Source: Candidatus Eiseniibacteriota bacterium (GTDB taxonomy: Bacteria > Eisenbacteria > RBG-16-71-46). Taken from it: 64,000 bases of DNA. Made by a program: the position numbers and the translations under genes. Under the pieces are notes generated by a model, which was not told where the DNA came from, did not search any database, and saw only the letters and a list, made by a program, of their open reading frames with translations. Shown piece by piece: positions 53,824 through 62,197 of the stretch (positions within the stretch are counted from its first letter, which is position 1; each line of letters starts with the position of its first letter). The DNA lies in assembly GCA_963744995.1 (NCBI GenBank), contig CAVUWA010000010.1, forward strand, positions 800,001 to 864,000, written 5' to 3'.

Positions 53824-55728
53824 TCAGGCCGTGGCGTCCGTCGCGGGCGCGGCGATCCTGCGCGCGTGCACCAGCAGCACCGCGATGTCGGAGGGCGAGA
53901 CGCCGGCGATCCGTGACGCCTGCGCTACCGTCGCAGGCTTCCAGCGTCTGAGCTTTTCGAGCGCTTCGCTCGAGAGCCCCGCAAGCGCCTCGCGCCACAG
54001 CGCCTCGGGCAGCGCATGACGTTCCATCGCCGCCGAGCGTTCTGCGGTGCGCCGCTGGCGTTCGATGTAGCCGCGGTAGCGCACGCGCACGACGAGACAG
54101 TCCGCCCATGCGGGCGGCAGCGGCGCCTCGATCCCATGTGCGGCGAGCGCCTCATAGCGGCTGTCGGGCCGCGCGAGGAACTCGATTCCGGAAAGCCCGC
54201 GCAGCGGCGTGCGGCCGTCCGCCGCCGGCGGCGCCCCGAGGTCCGGGACCTTCACGGTCACGCGATGGAGACGCCGCTCTTCGGCGTCGATCGCTTCGCG
54301 TTTGGCGCGTGCGCGGTCGCGTTCCTCCGCGGTGATCAGGCCGGCGTGGAAGCCGCGCTCGGTGAGCCGCTCGTCGGCGTTGTCGGCACGCAGCAGCAGC
54401 CGGTGTTCGGCCGCGGAGGTGAACATCCGGTACGGCTCGCGATGCTCGCGCGTCACCAGGTCGTCGACGAGCACGCCGATGTAGGCTTCGTCGCGGCGCA
54501 GCACGAACGGCGCCGCGCCGCGCACGGCCCGCGCCGCGTTCACGCCGGCGACGAACCCCTGCGCCGCCGCCTCCTCGTAGCCCGACGTGCCGCAGATCTG
54601 CCCCGCGAGGAACAGACCCGGCACCGTCTTCACCTCCAGCGTCGGCTTGAGCTGATGCGGCATCACGAAGTCGTACTCGACCGCGTAGCCGGGGCGCAGC
54701 ATTCGCGCCGCGCCGAGTCCGCGCATCGAGCGGATGAATGCGAGCTGCACCTCCTCCGGCATGCTGGTCGAGACGCCGTTGACGTAGATCTCGTCCACGT
54801 CGCGGCCTTCGGGCTCGAGGAACACGTGATGCGAATCGCGCCCGGGGAACTTCACCACCTTGTCTTCGATCGACGGGCAGTAGCGCGGCCCGGTGCCGCG
54901 GATCTCGCCCGAGTACATCGGCGAGCGGCCGATGTTGTCGCGAATCAGTTCGTGCGTGCGCGCGTTGGTCTCGGTGCGGTGGCAGAGCACCTGCTCCACG
55001 TCCAGCGCGCCGGTCCAGTGCGAGAACGGCTGCGGCGGATCGTCGCCCGCATCGGGGTCGACCGCATCCCAGTCGATCGAATCGCGGTGGAGGCGCGGCG
55101 GCGTTCCGGTCTTGAGCCGGCCACGCTCGAGACCCAGCTCGGCAAGGCACTCGCTGAGCGCGCGCGCGGCATGCTCGCCGATGCGTCCGCCTTCGAGCTT
55201 CCGCGCTCCGATGTGAATGAGCCCGTTGAGGAACGTACCCGGCGTGATCACGACGGCGCGCGCGCCGATCACGCGACCGTCGGCGAGCTCGATGCCGGCC
55301 ACGCGGCCGTGCTCGAGCACGACATGATTCGCGACCCCCGCGACCCGCTCGAGGCCGGGAAGCGCGTCGAGCGCGCGGCCCATCTCCACCGAATAGAGGG
55401 CCTTGTCGCACTGCGCACGCGGCGACCAGACGGCCGGGCCGCGGCCGCGGTTGAGCATCTTGAACTGGATGCCGGCGCGGTCGGTGACGCGGCCCATGAG
55501 CCCGCCGAGCGCGTCGATCTCGCGCACCATGTGGCCCTTCGCGATCCCGCCGATCGCCGGATTGCACGACATCTTCGCGGTGTCGGCGAGGTTCACGGTG
55601 AGCAGGATCGTGTGGAGCCCGAGCCGCGAGCAGGCCGCCGCCGCCTCGCAGCCGGCATGCCCCGCGCCGACCACCAGCACGTCGCACGCCGCCCGGGCGT
55701 CGCGTGCGAAGCCCGCGCGCGCCGTCAC
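53824..55728 (-). CDS. mnmG: tRNA uridine-5-carboxymethylaminomethyl modification enzyme MnmG/GidA
   Basis: GAGHAGCEAA, SCNPAIGG, KTGTPPR, GPRYCPSIEDK, GYEEAAAQG, EPYRMFTS. Confidence 0.97.
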   Translation of the reverse strand: MTARAGFARDARAACDVLVVGAGHAGCEAAAACSRLGLHTILLTVNLADTAKMSCNPAIGGIAKGHMVREIDALGGLMGRVTDRAGIQFKMLNRGRGPAVWSPRAQCDKALYSVEMGRALDALPGLERVAGVANHVVLEHGRVAGIELADGRVIGARAVVITPGTFLNGLIHIGARKLEGGRIGEHAARALSECLAELGLERGRLKTGTPPRLHRDSIDWDAVDPDAGDDPPQPFSHWTGALDVEQVLCHRTETNARTHELIRDNIGRSPMYSGEIRGTGPRYCPSIEDKVVKFPGRDSHHVFLEPEGRDVDEIYVNGVSTSMPEEVQLAFIRSMRGLGAARMLRPGYAVEYDFVMPHQLKPTLEVKTVPGLFLAGQICGTSGYEEAAAQGFVAGVNAARAVRGAAPFVLRRDEAYIGVLVDDLVTREHREPYRMFTSAAEHRLLLRADNADERLTERGFHAGLITAEERDRARAKREAIDAEERRLHRVTVKVPDLGAPPAADGRTPLRGLSGIEFLARPDSRYEALAAHGIEAPLPPAWADCLVVRVRYRGYIERQRRTAERSAAMERHALPEALWREALAGLSSEALEKLRRWKPATVAQASRIAGVSPSDIAVLLVHARRIAAPATDATA

Positions 55729-57242
55729 TTGCCGATGCAGAAGCGGCTGAAGATCCGATCGAGCAGATCCTCGCCGACTTCGCGCCCCGTGACTTCACCG
55801 ATCGCCGCCAGCGCCTCGCGCAGCTCGAGCGCCACGAGCTCGCCCGGCAGGCCGTCGCGCGCCGCGGCGCCGGCGCGGCCCAGCGCCGCGCGCGCGCGCT
55901 CGAGCGCCTCGACGTGGCGCGGGTTGCTCACCGCCTGCGCGAGCGCGCCCGCCCGCACGGACGGCGGCGCGAGGACCACGGCGGACGCGGCGAGTTCGGC
56001 CGCGAACGGATCGCCGTTCGGCGGTGCGGCCGCCGCGTGGGCCTCGTGCGGCGCGCCCGCGTGCACGGCGGGCGGCACCAGGCCGAGCGGCACGGCGCCC
56101 ATCATGCGCGCGAGCGTCGCGCGCAGCGCGTCGAGCCCCTCGCCGGTCAGCGCGGAGACCTCGACGCACGCATGGCGTGCCCCCCCCGGCAGAGCGCGCA
56201 CCGCGGCCGCAGTGGTGACCGCGCCGGCGTCGTGCTTGTTGAGCGCCACCAGCACGCGGCGGCCTTCCAGCGCCGCCGCGATCCGATGGTCCTCTTCCCC
56301 GAGCGGCGCCGCGCCGTCCACCACCCACAGCGCCAGCGTGGCTTCGGCCAGCGCCTCCTGCGCGCGCGCAATGCCGATCGCCTCGACCGGTTCGTCCGAC
56401 TCGCGCAGCCCGGCCGTGTCGGAGAGCGTCACGCGGACGCCCGCGATCTCGACGGCCTCGCTCACGCGGTCGCGGGTCGTCCCCGGCCGGTCGGTGACGA
56501 TCGCCCGCGCTTCGCCGAGCAGGGCGTTGAAGAGCGACGATTTGCCCACGTTGGGGCGGCCGACGATCGGCACCCGCACGCCTTCGCGCACGGCACGCGC
56601 CCAGTCGGCGCCTTCGAGCAGTGCGGCGAGATCGCGGCCCACCTGCTGGATCGCGTGGACCACCTGCGGCGGCACCTCGATTCCGCCGACGTCTTCGGCG
56701 AAGTCCACCCGCGCCTCGACCTCGGCCACAGCGTCCGTGACACGATCGGCGAGCGTCACGATCCGCCGCGACAGCCCGCCCGCGAGCTGGCCGAGCGCGA
56801 GTTCGCGCGCGCCCTCGGTCTCCGCATGGATCAGGTCCGCAACCGCCTCGGCCTGCGCCAGGTCGATGCGCCCGTTGAGAAACGCGCGCAGCGTGAACTC
56901 GCCCGGATTCGCGAGCCGCGCGCCGGCCGCGAGCAGCGCCGCCAGCACCCGTTCCGCGGGCAGCCGGCCGCCGTGGCAGGAGAACTCCACCACGTGCTCG
57001 CGGGTATAGCTGCGCGGCGCACGGAACAGCGCTGCGACCACCTCGTCGAGACGCGAGCCGGCCGCGTCGACCGCCCAGCCGTGGTGCAGCGTGTGGCTCG
57101 GCTGCCCGGCGAGCGGGGCCTGCCCGCGGAACGCGCGATCGGCGATCGCCGGCGCAGCGTCGCCGCTCAGGCGGACCACGGCGAGGCCGGCCGCGCCGGG
57201 CGCGGTGGCGATGGCCGCGATGGTGTCGATGGCGTGGCTCAT
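55725..57242 (-). CDS. mnmE: tRNA modification GTPase MnmE/TrmE
   Basis: DTIAAIAT, GRPNVGKSS, GTTRD, DTAG, NKHD, FSRFCIGK. Confidence 0.97.
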   Translation of the reverse strand: MSHAIDTIAAIATAPGAAGLAVVRLSGDAAPAIADRAFRGQAPLAGQPSHTLHHGWAVDAAGSRLDEVVAALFRAPRSYTREHVVEFSCHGGRLPAERVLAALLAAGARLANPGEFTLRAFLNGRIDLAQAEAVADLIHAETEGARELALGQLAGGLSRRIVTLADRVTDAVAEVEARVDFAEDVGGIEVPPQVVHAIQQVGRDLAALLEGADWARAVREGVRVPIVGRPNVGKSSLFNALLGEARAIVTDRPGTTRDRVSEAVEIAGVRVTLSDTAGLRESDEPVEAIGIARAQEALAEATLALWVVDGAAPLGEEDHRIAAALEGRRVLVALNKHDAGAVTTAAAVRALPGGARHACVEVSALTGEGLDALRATLARMMGAVPLGLVPPAVHAGAPHEAHAAAAPPNGDPFAAELAASAVVLAPPSVRAGALAQAVSNPRHVEALERARAALGRAGAAARDGLPGELVALELREALAAIGEVTGREVGEDLLDRIFSRFCIGK

Positions 57243-57264
57243 GGGGTGACAGAACCCTCAAGAC

Positions 57265-57297
57265 GAAGCGCCGGACCCGACGGCTGCCCGGCGCTTC
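57265..57297 (-). terminator. Hairpin between jag and mnmE (possible terminator or processing site)
   Basis: GAAGCGCCGG...CCGGCGCTTC 10-bp stem; weak T-tail on the minus strand. Confidence 0.4.
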
Positions 57298-57318
57298 CGA
57301 GTTCGCGATTCGCCCGGG

Positions 57319-58758
57319 TCAGTCGTCCGTGCGATCGCCTTCCGGAAAGTCCGCGGGCGCGATCGCCACGCGTTTGATCATTCCCGTTCCGAGCGCGTAG
57401 GTCTTCACGCGCTCGTCGTCGCGCAGCGTCATGTGGACGATGCGGCGCTCCTGGGAGTTCAGGTATTCGGTGACGACCTCGTCGTTCTTCTCGATCGCCT
57501 CGCCCGCGAGATCCGCCGCCATGGTGCGCAGCTCGTCTTCGCGCTGCTGCCAGAAATCGTTGACCTCGAGCTGCAGGTGGTAGCGCGAGCCCTGGCCGCG
57601 ATTGACCATGCGGTTGAGCAGGTGCTGCATCGCCTGCCGAACCTCGCCCTTGGGGCCGGTGAGCAGATCGTCCTGCTGCGCCACCTCGACGGTCACGTCG
57701 ACGCGATCGCCGTCGGCCTTTGCCGACACCTTGGCGTCGAAGCCCATCGCCTTCATGAGTTCCGTGGTCCAGTGCATGGCGTCGTCGGCGAGTGCCGGGT
57801 GATCCTCCGCTGCCGGCTCCGAAGGCCGCGACTCCGCCACCGCCGGCGTCGCCGGGGCGGGTGTCGCCGCCGGCGCGGCGGCGGGTTCGGCGTGCGCCGC
57901 AGCAGGTTCCGCCTGCGCGGAGGCGGGATCGGCCGGCTCGGAGCGTTCCTCGAAGCGGATGACGGCCTCGGTCTGCACGTCCTCCGTTTCGGGCCGCGAG
58001 ACCTTCGCCACGACATCCGTGGAGGCCGCATCCGCCACCGCCACGAACCCGACCGGCGGCTCGTGCGGGGCCGGTGCGGCCGCAGGGCCCTCCGGCGCGT
58101 GCGCTTCGGCCGGGGCGTTCTCCCGCGGCTGGTTCTCGCCCTCGCCGCGCCGCTCGCCGCGGCGGCCGCGGCCGCCCCGGCGCCCACGCCGCCGGCGGCG
58201 CCGTTGCTCGTCGCCTCCGTTTGCGTCGTCGCCGGCGACCTCGGCCGGCGCGGGTGACGGCGGGCGGGTTTCGGTACGTTCGGCCGATCGCTCCGCGGGA
58301 CGCTCTTCGCGGCGCCGTCCGCCGCGGCCGCGCTCGCCGCCACGACGCTCGCCGCGGCGTCCTTCACCACCGCGCCCCTCGCCGCCGCGACTCTCGCCGC
58401 TGCGACCCTCGCCGCTGCGTTCGCGACCTTCTCGAGCGCCTTCAGCGCTGCGGCGCCCGCGGCCGTTGCGCTCGCCGCGGCCTTCGCCGCGGCCACGGCG
58501 CCCGTCGCGGCCGCCTTCACGACGTCCCCGGCCGCGCCGCTCGCGGTCCCGTTCGCCTTCCTCGTCGCGGGGCGGGCCACCCGGGCGCGGCATGATGATG
58601 ACCTTGTACGGCCGGGCACCGAGCCCCAGGAAACCGCCCGAGCCTTCTTCCACCACGTTGATCATGACTTCCGCCCGCGACATGCCCAGGGTGTCCAGCC
58701 CCTTTCGTACGGCATCGTCGAGCGTCTTGCCTTCGAACATCGAGCCTTTGGGCCCCAT
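57319..58758 (-). CDS. jag: Jag/KhpB/EloR RNA-binding protein (Jag_N, KH, R3H) with a long disordered insert
   Basis: EGKTLDDAV..G, EGSGGFLGLG, LTGPKGE..AMQ, NSQERRIVH; GGAGAGG RBS. Confidence 0.9.
   Translation of the reverse strand: MGPKGSMFEGKTLDDAVRKGLDTLGMSRAEVMINVVEEGSGGFLGLGARPYKVIIMPRPGGPPRDEEGERDRERRGRGRREGGRDGRRGRGEGRGERNGRGRRSAEGAREGRERSGEGRSGESRGGEGRGGEGRRGERRGGERGRGGRRREERPAERSAERTETRPPSPAPAEVAGDDANGGDEQRRRRRRGRRGGRGRRGERRGEGENQPRENAPAEAHAPEGPAAAPAPHEPPVGFVAVADAASTDVVAKVSRPETEDVQTEAVIRFEERSEPADPASAQAEPAAAHAEPAAAPAATPAPATPAVAESRPSEPAAEDHPALADDAMHWTTELMKAMGFDAKVSAKADGDRVDVTVEVAQQDDLLTGPKGEVRQAMQHLLNRMVNRGQGSRYHLQLEVNDFWQQREDELRTMAADLAGEAIEKNDEVVTEYLNSQERRIVHMTLRDDERVKTYALGTGMIKRVAIAPADFPEGDRTDD
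58330..58419 (-). repeat. Six 15-bp in-frame repeats encoding an RG-rich tract in Jag
   Basis: RSGEG RSGES RGGEG RGGEG RRGER RGGER. Confidence 0.7.
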
Positions 58759-58956
58759 TGCGTACCTCTCCAATCTTCGCGGGCGGGGGCGCAGCATGCC
58801 GCGCGCCCCGGCAGGTCGCGAATGGAATTTGCGCGGCGATCGCGCGGCGCGGAAGGACCCGGAGGGGTGTCGGTGGCAGGCCGTCTGGCCCGCCGCAGGC
58901 TCCGGTCTCGCGCGGCGCCCTGCCGCGGTTGGAGTGCTAGATTACTTCTCTCCGGT

Positions 58957-60819
58957 TCACTTGGCCATCTTCTTGCGGCGACCGCCCTTGCGGGCCGGCT
59001 CCGGATCGACCACGACGGCGTGCGAGCCGGCCGGCTGCGTGCCGTCCTCCCGCATCACCAGCCACTGCTGCGCGATGGTCAGCAGATTCATGACCGTCCA
59101 GTAGAGCACGAGCCCGGACGGCAGGTTGTAGAAGAACACCAGCATGACGAGGTTCATGACCGCCATGTTCGGCATTCCGGACTGCGGATTCTGCGGCATC
59201 ATCCGCACCTGAAGGAACCCGGTCGCCGCCATCAGCACCGGCAGCAACCGGAACGCGTACGGCCAGAAGGGCAGCGGGAACAGCATGTCGGGCGCGGACA
59301 GGTCGTTGATCCACAGGAAGAACGGCGCCTGCCTCAGCTCGATGGCGTTGAAGAGCACCGAATAGAGCGCGATGAACAGCGGCATCTGCAGCAGCATCGG
59401 CAGGCAGCCGCCGGCCGGGTTCACCTTGTGCTCCTTGTACAGGGCCATCATGGCCGTGTTCATGGCCTGCGGGTTGTCCTTGTACTTGGCGCGGATGCGC
59501 TCCATCTCGGGCTGCAGCTTCTGCATGGCGCGCATGCTCTTCATGCTCGTCATGTTGAGCGGGTGCAGCAGCACCCGCACCAGCGTCGCCAGCACGAGAA
59601 TCGCGACGCCGTAGTTGTGGAGAATGGCGTACAGCCACTTGAGCACGATCAGCAGCGCCTTGCTGAACGGCTCGAGCCAGCGCCAGCCGAGATCCACGGC
59701 GCGGTCCAGACCGGAGCCGAGCTTCGACAGCCGGTCGTATTCGGTCGGTCCGAAGTACAGCAGGAACCGGTTGACCGGAGCCGAGGGCGGCGGCAGCCGC
59801 ACCGTCAGCGCGTTCTCCACCACTTCCTGTTCGGGTTTCACCTTCTCGGACAGCATCGCGCGCTGTTCGTCGGTGAGCGGAATTCGCTCGCCGCTCGACA
59901 CCACCTCGACCGGGGTGGCGTCCACCACCGAGGCCAGCGCGGCGAAGTAGCGGTTCTGCACCCCCGCCCAGCGCGCGTTGCCCTCGAAGTGCTTCGGCTC
60001 CTTCATCAGCCCGCCGGCGTGCTCGCGGCGGACGTTGGTCCCGACCAGGCTCGACGCGCGCAGGCCGCGGTGGTCGGCCTGCCGGTCGGACTCGGTGAAC
60101 AGCGGCCAGGAGCGGGTGTTCAGCGAGTAGTCCTTGACCTGCCACGCGGCGGGCACGTTGCGGATCTCGACCTCGAGATCGATCGCATAGTCGGTCGGCC
60201 GCACGCGGTAGGTCTGCCGCACGTAGAAGCCGGAGCTGTCGCCCGAGGTGAACGTGAGGGCCCGCACCTCGCCGTCGACGCCCAGACTCTCCGACACCGC
60301 GTAGGCCAGGCTGCCGAGCGGGCGCGGGTGCCCGGGCTCGCCCAGATCGATCGCGAACGTGGGCGCTCCGGCCAGCACGACCTGATCCTCGGCCGGAACG
60401 GTCTCGCCGGGCTTCGGGTGACGCGCGTGGCCCCGGCGCGCCGATTCGCCGTAGGCGGACACGTAGCGCTTGAGCGCGACGGACACGAGCCGCGCGCCGC
60501 GACTCGAGAAGCGCGCCGTGTAGAGCGGGGTCTCGACGACGATGCTCTGCTCCAACCCGGTCACCGGCGTCTCGAGCGGCGCGGCCGAGAGATCGCCGGG
60601 GCTTTCGAGTCGCGGCGTCGTCGGCACCCCCTGCGGCAGATCGGCGACCGTCACCGCGGTGTCGGCCGCGGCCGTGGTGTCGGCGCTGTCGGCGGGTGCG
60701 GTCACGACCGACTTCGGCGACTCGAGATAGTGTGACAGGCCCAGCATCTTCAGCAGCGGCTGGTAGGCGATCAGGAACAGCACGCTGAGCGCGATGGCGA
60801 TGACGGTCTTGCGATCCAT
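58957..60819 (-). CDS. yidC: Membrane protein insertase YidC
   Basis: N-terminal TM, periplasmic domain, NYGVAI, VNPAGGCLP, WINDLSAPD, PSGLVLYW. Confidence 0.96.
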   Translation of the reverse strand: MDRKTVIAIALSVLFLIAYQPLLKMLGLSHYLESPKSVVTAPADSADTTAAADTAVTVADLPQGVPTTPRLESPGDLSAAPLETPVTGLEQSIVVETPLYTARFSSRGARLVSVALKRYVSAYGESARRGHARHPKPGETVPAEDQVVLAGAPTFAIDLGEPGHPRPLGSLAYAVSESLGVDGEVRALTFTSGDSSGFYVRQTYRVRPTDYAIDLEVEIRNVPAAWQVKDYSLNTRSWPLFTESDRQADHRGLRASSLVGTNVRREHAGGLMKEPKHFEGNARWAGVQNRYFAALASVVDATPVEVVSSGERIPLTDEQRAMLSEKVKPEQEVVENALTVRLPPPSAPVNRFLLYFGPTEYDRLSKLGSGLDRAVDLGWRWLEPFSKALLIVLKWLYAILHNYGVAILVLATLVRVLLHPLNMTSMKSMRAMQKLQPEMERIRAKYKDNPQAMNTAMMALYKEHKVNPAGGCLPMLLQMPLFIALYSVLFNAIELRQAPFFLWINDLSAPDMLFPLPFWPYAFRLLPVLMAATGFLQVRMMPQNPQSGMPNMAVMNLVMLVFFYNLPSGLVLYWTVMNLLTIAQQWLVMREDGTQPAGSHAVVVDPEPARKGGRRKKMAK

Positions 60820-60821
60820 GG

Positions 60822-61031
60822 TCAGGGCACCGGGTCGTAGCCGTGGGTGCCGAACGGCCGGCAGCGCGACAGCCGGCGCAGCGCCAGCCAGGCACCACGC
60901 CACGCGCCGTGGCGGCGCACGGCTTCCTCGGCGTACACGGAGCAGGAGGGTTCGTGCCGGCACGCGCCGCGGAAGAACGGCGACAGCAGCGCGCGGTACA
61001 GCCGGATCAGAAGGATGAGGATGAAACGCAC
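60822..61031 (-). CDS. yidD: Membrane protein insertion efficiency factor YidD
   Basis: CRHEPSCSVY, RCRPF..GYDPVP. Confidence 0.93.
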   Translation of the reverse strand: MRFILILLIRLYRALLSPFFRGACRHEPSCSVYAEEAVRRHGAWRGAWLALRRLSRCRPFGTHGYDPVP

Positions 61032-61035
61032 GCGA

Positions 61036-61422
61036 TCAGGGCTCCGTGGATTCGATGGGCGACAACGCGCCGGCGCGCGCGAACAGGTTCTCGACGTCGG
61101 TCGCCAGCACCTGATGCGGGGCCTTCAGCACCTCGCGGTGGGCGATCAGCACGAAACCGTAACCGCTGCGCGGCATGCGCGGAAATCGGCGCCGGACGAT
61201 CTCGCGCAGGCGGCGCCTGGCGCGATTGCGCTGCACGGCATTTCCCACCGAACGGCGGCTGGTGATGAAGCCGAAGCGCGTGGGTTCGCCGGGACGGGCC
61301 AGGACGAGCAGGATGCAGAAGCGGCCGCGGTACGGCGTGCCGCCCGACTGCACCGCGCGAAAATCGCGCGAGGTGCGCAGGCGATGCTCGCGGCCGAGGC
61401 GTTCGGAATGCTGGGCGGTCAT
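61036..61422 (-). CDS. rnpA: Ribonuclease P protein component
   Basis: RLRTSRDF, RFGFITSRR, GNAVQRNRARRRLRE (RNR motif). The frame stays open upstream to at least 61956. Confidence 0.9.
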   Translation of the reverse strand: MTAQHSERLGREHRLRTSRDFRAVQSGGTPYRGRFCILLVLARPGEPTRFGFITSRRSVGNAVQRNRARRRLREIVRRRFPRMPRSGYGFVLIAHREVLKAPHQVLATDVENLFARAGALSPIESTEP

Positions 61423-61787
61423 CCGGATCGAGGCTCCAGAAGAGGACGCGTCTGCGGAGGGATACGCAGAGCCCGTCCCCGGACGGAGGTATGGAACGGC
61501 GGGCGATCGGGCGAGCATGCGGCGCGCATCCGGGGCCGGGAGACGATCGCGACTGTAGCCGTTCGCGATCCGGAATGCCCACTCAGGCCCTCCGCGGGTC
61601 GCGGCTGCCGAACAGCGTGCCGCGAACGCCGCTGCCCCGCACCACGCGCTCAATGGTGGCGCAGGTCTCGCCGGGTGGGCCGGTCGCTCGTCGCAGCGGA
61701 GTTCGCGGCGAGACGCACTCGCTCCCCGCACGCTCGCGCGGCCCGCGCCCGGGCGCGCTTCCCCCACTCGGCGTTCCTGGACACGGT

Positions 61788-61931
61788 CTAGGCGGAGGAG
61801 ACCGTCAGGCGCTGACGTCCCTGCCTGCGGCGCGCATTGATCACCTTGCGCCCGCCCTTGGTCTTCATGCGCGCACGGAAGCCATGCGTCTTCTTGCGGT
61901 GACGGTTGCGCGGTCGATAGGTCCGTTTCAT
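61788..61931 (-). CDS. rpmH: 50S ribosomal protein L34
   Basis: [47 protein letters not shown]; below the ORF-track size cutoff, translated by hand. Confidence 0.97.
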   Translation of the reverse strand: MKRTYRPRNRHRKKTHGFRARMKTKGGRKVINARRRQGRQRLTVSSA

Positions 61932-61982
61932 GGCTTGAATGGCCTCGTATTCCCAAAGAGTTACGCCGACAAAGGACGCAGG

Positions 61983-62011
61983 AGACTACGGGAAGGGACC
62001 GGCTCCGTCAA
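61983..62011 (-). promoter_or_regulatory. Sigma70 promoter of the rpmH operon
   Basis: Minus strand TTGACG-17 bp-TAGTCT, 51 nt upstream of the rpmH ATG. Confidence 0.75.
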
Positions 62012-62197
62012 GCCTCCGGGGCGCCGCCCGGCCGGCCGCCGTTCCGCCCGCCGAACAGCGCTGCCGCGGGGACCCCGCGGGGCTTCATGCGGCGCCCCGC
62101 CCGGCCGATAACCGCAGGGTAGTCACAGGCTCGATCGCCGAGAATCCGAACGCGTCTTCCCAGGCAGCCCGCACCCCCGGAGCCGCCCGACGGACCC

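Noticed and set aside
61932..62197. oriC next to rpmH
   Set aside because: No DnaA boxes or AT-rich unwinding element were visible, and there is no dnaA gene.
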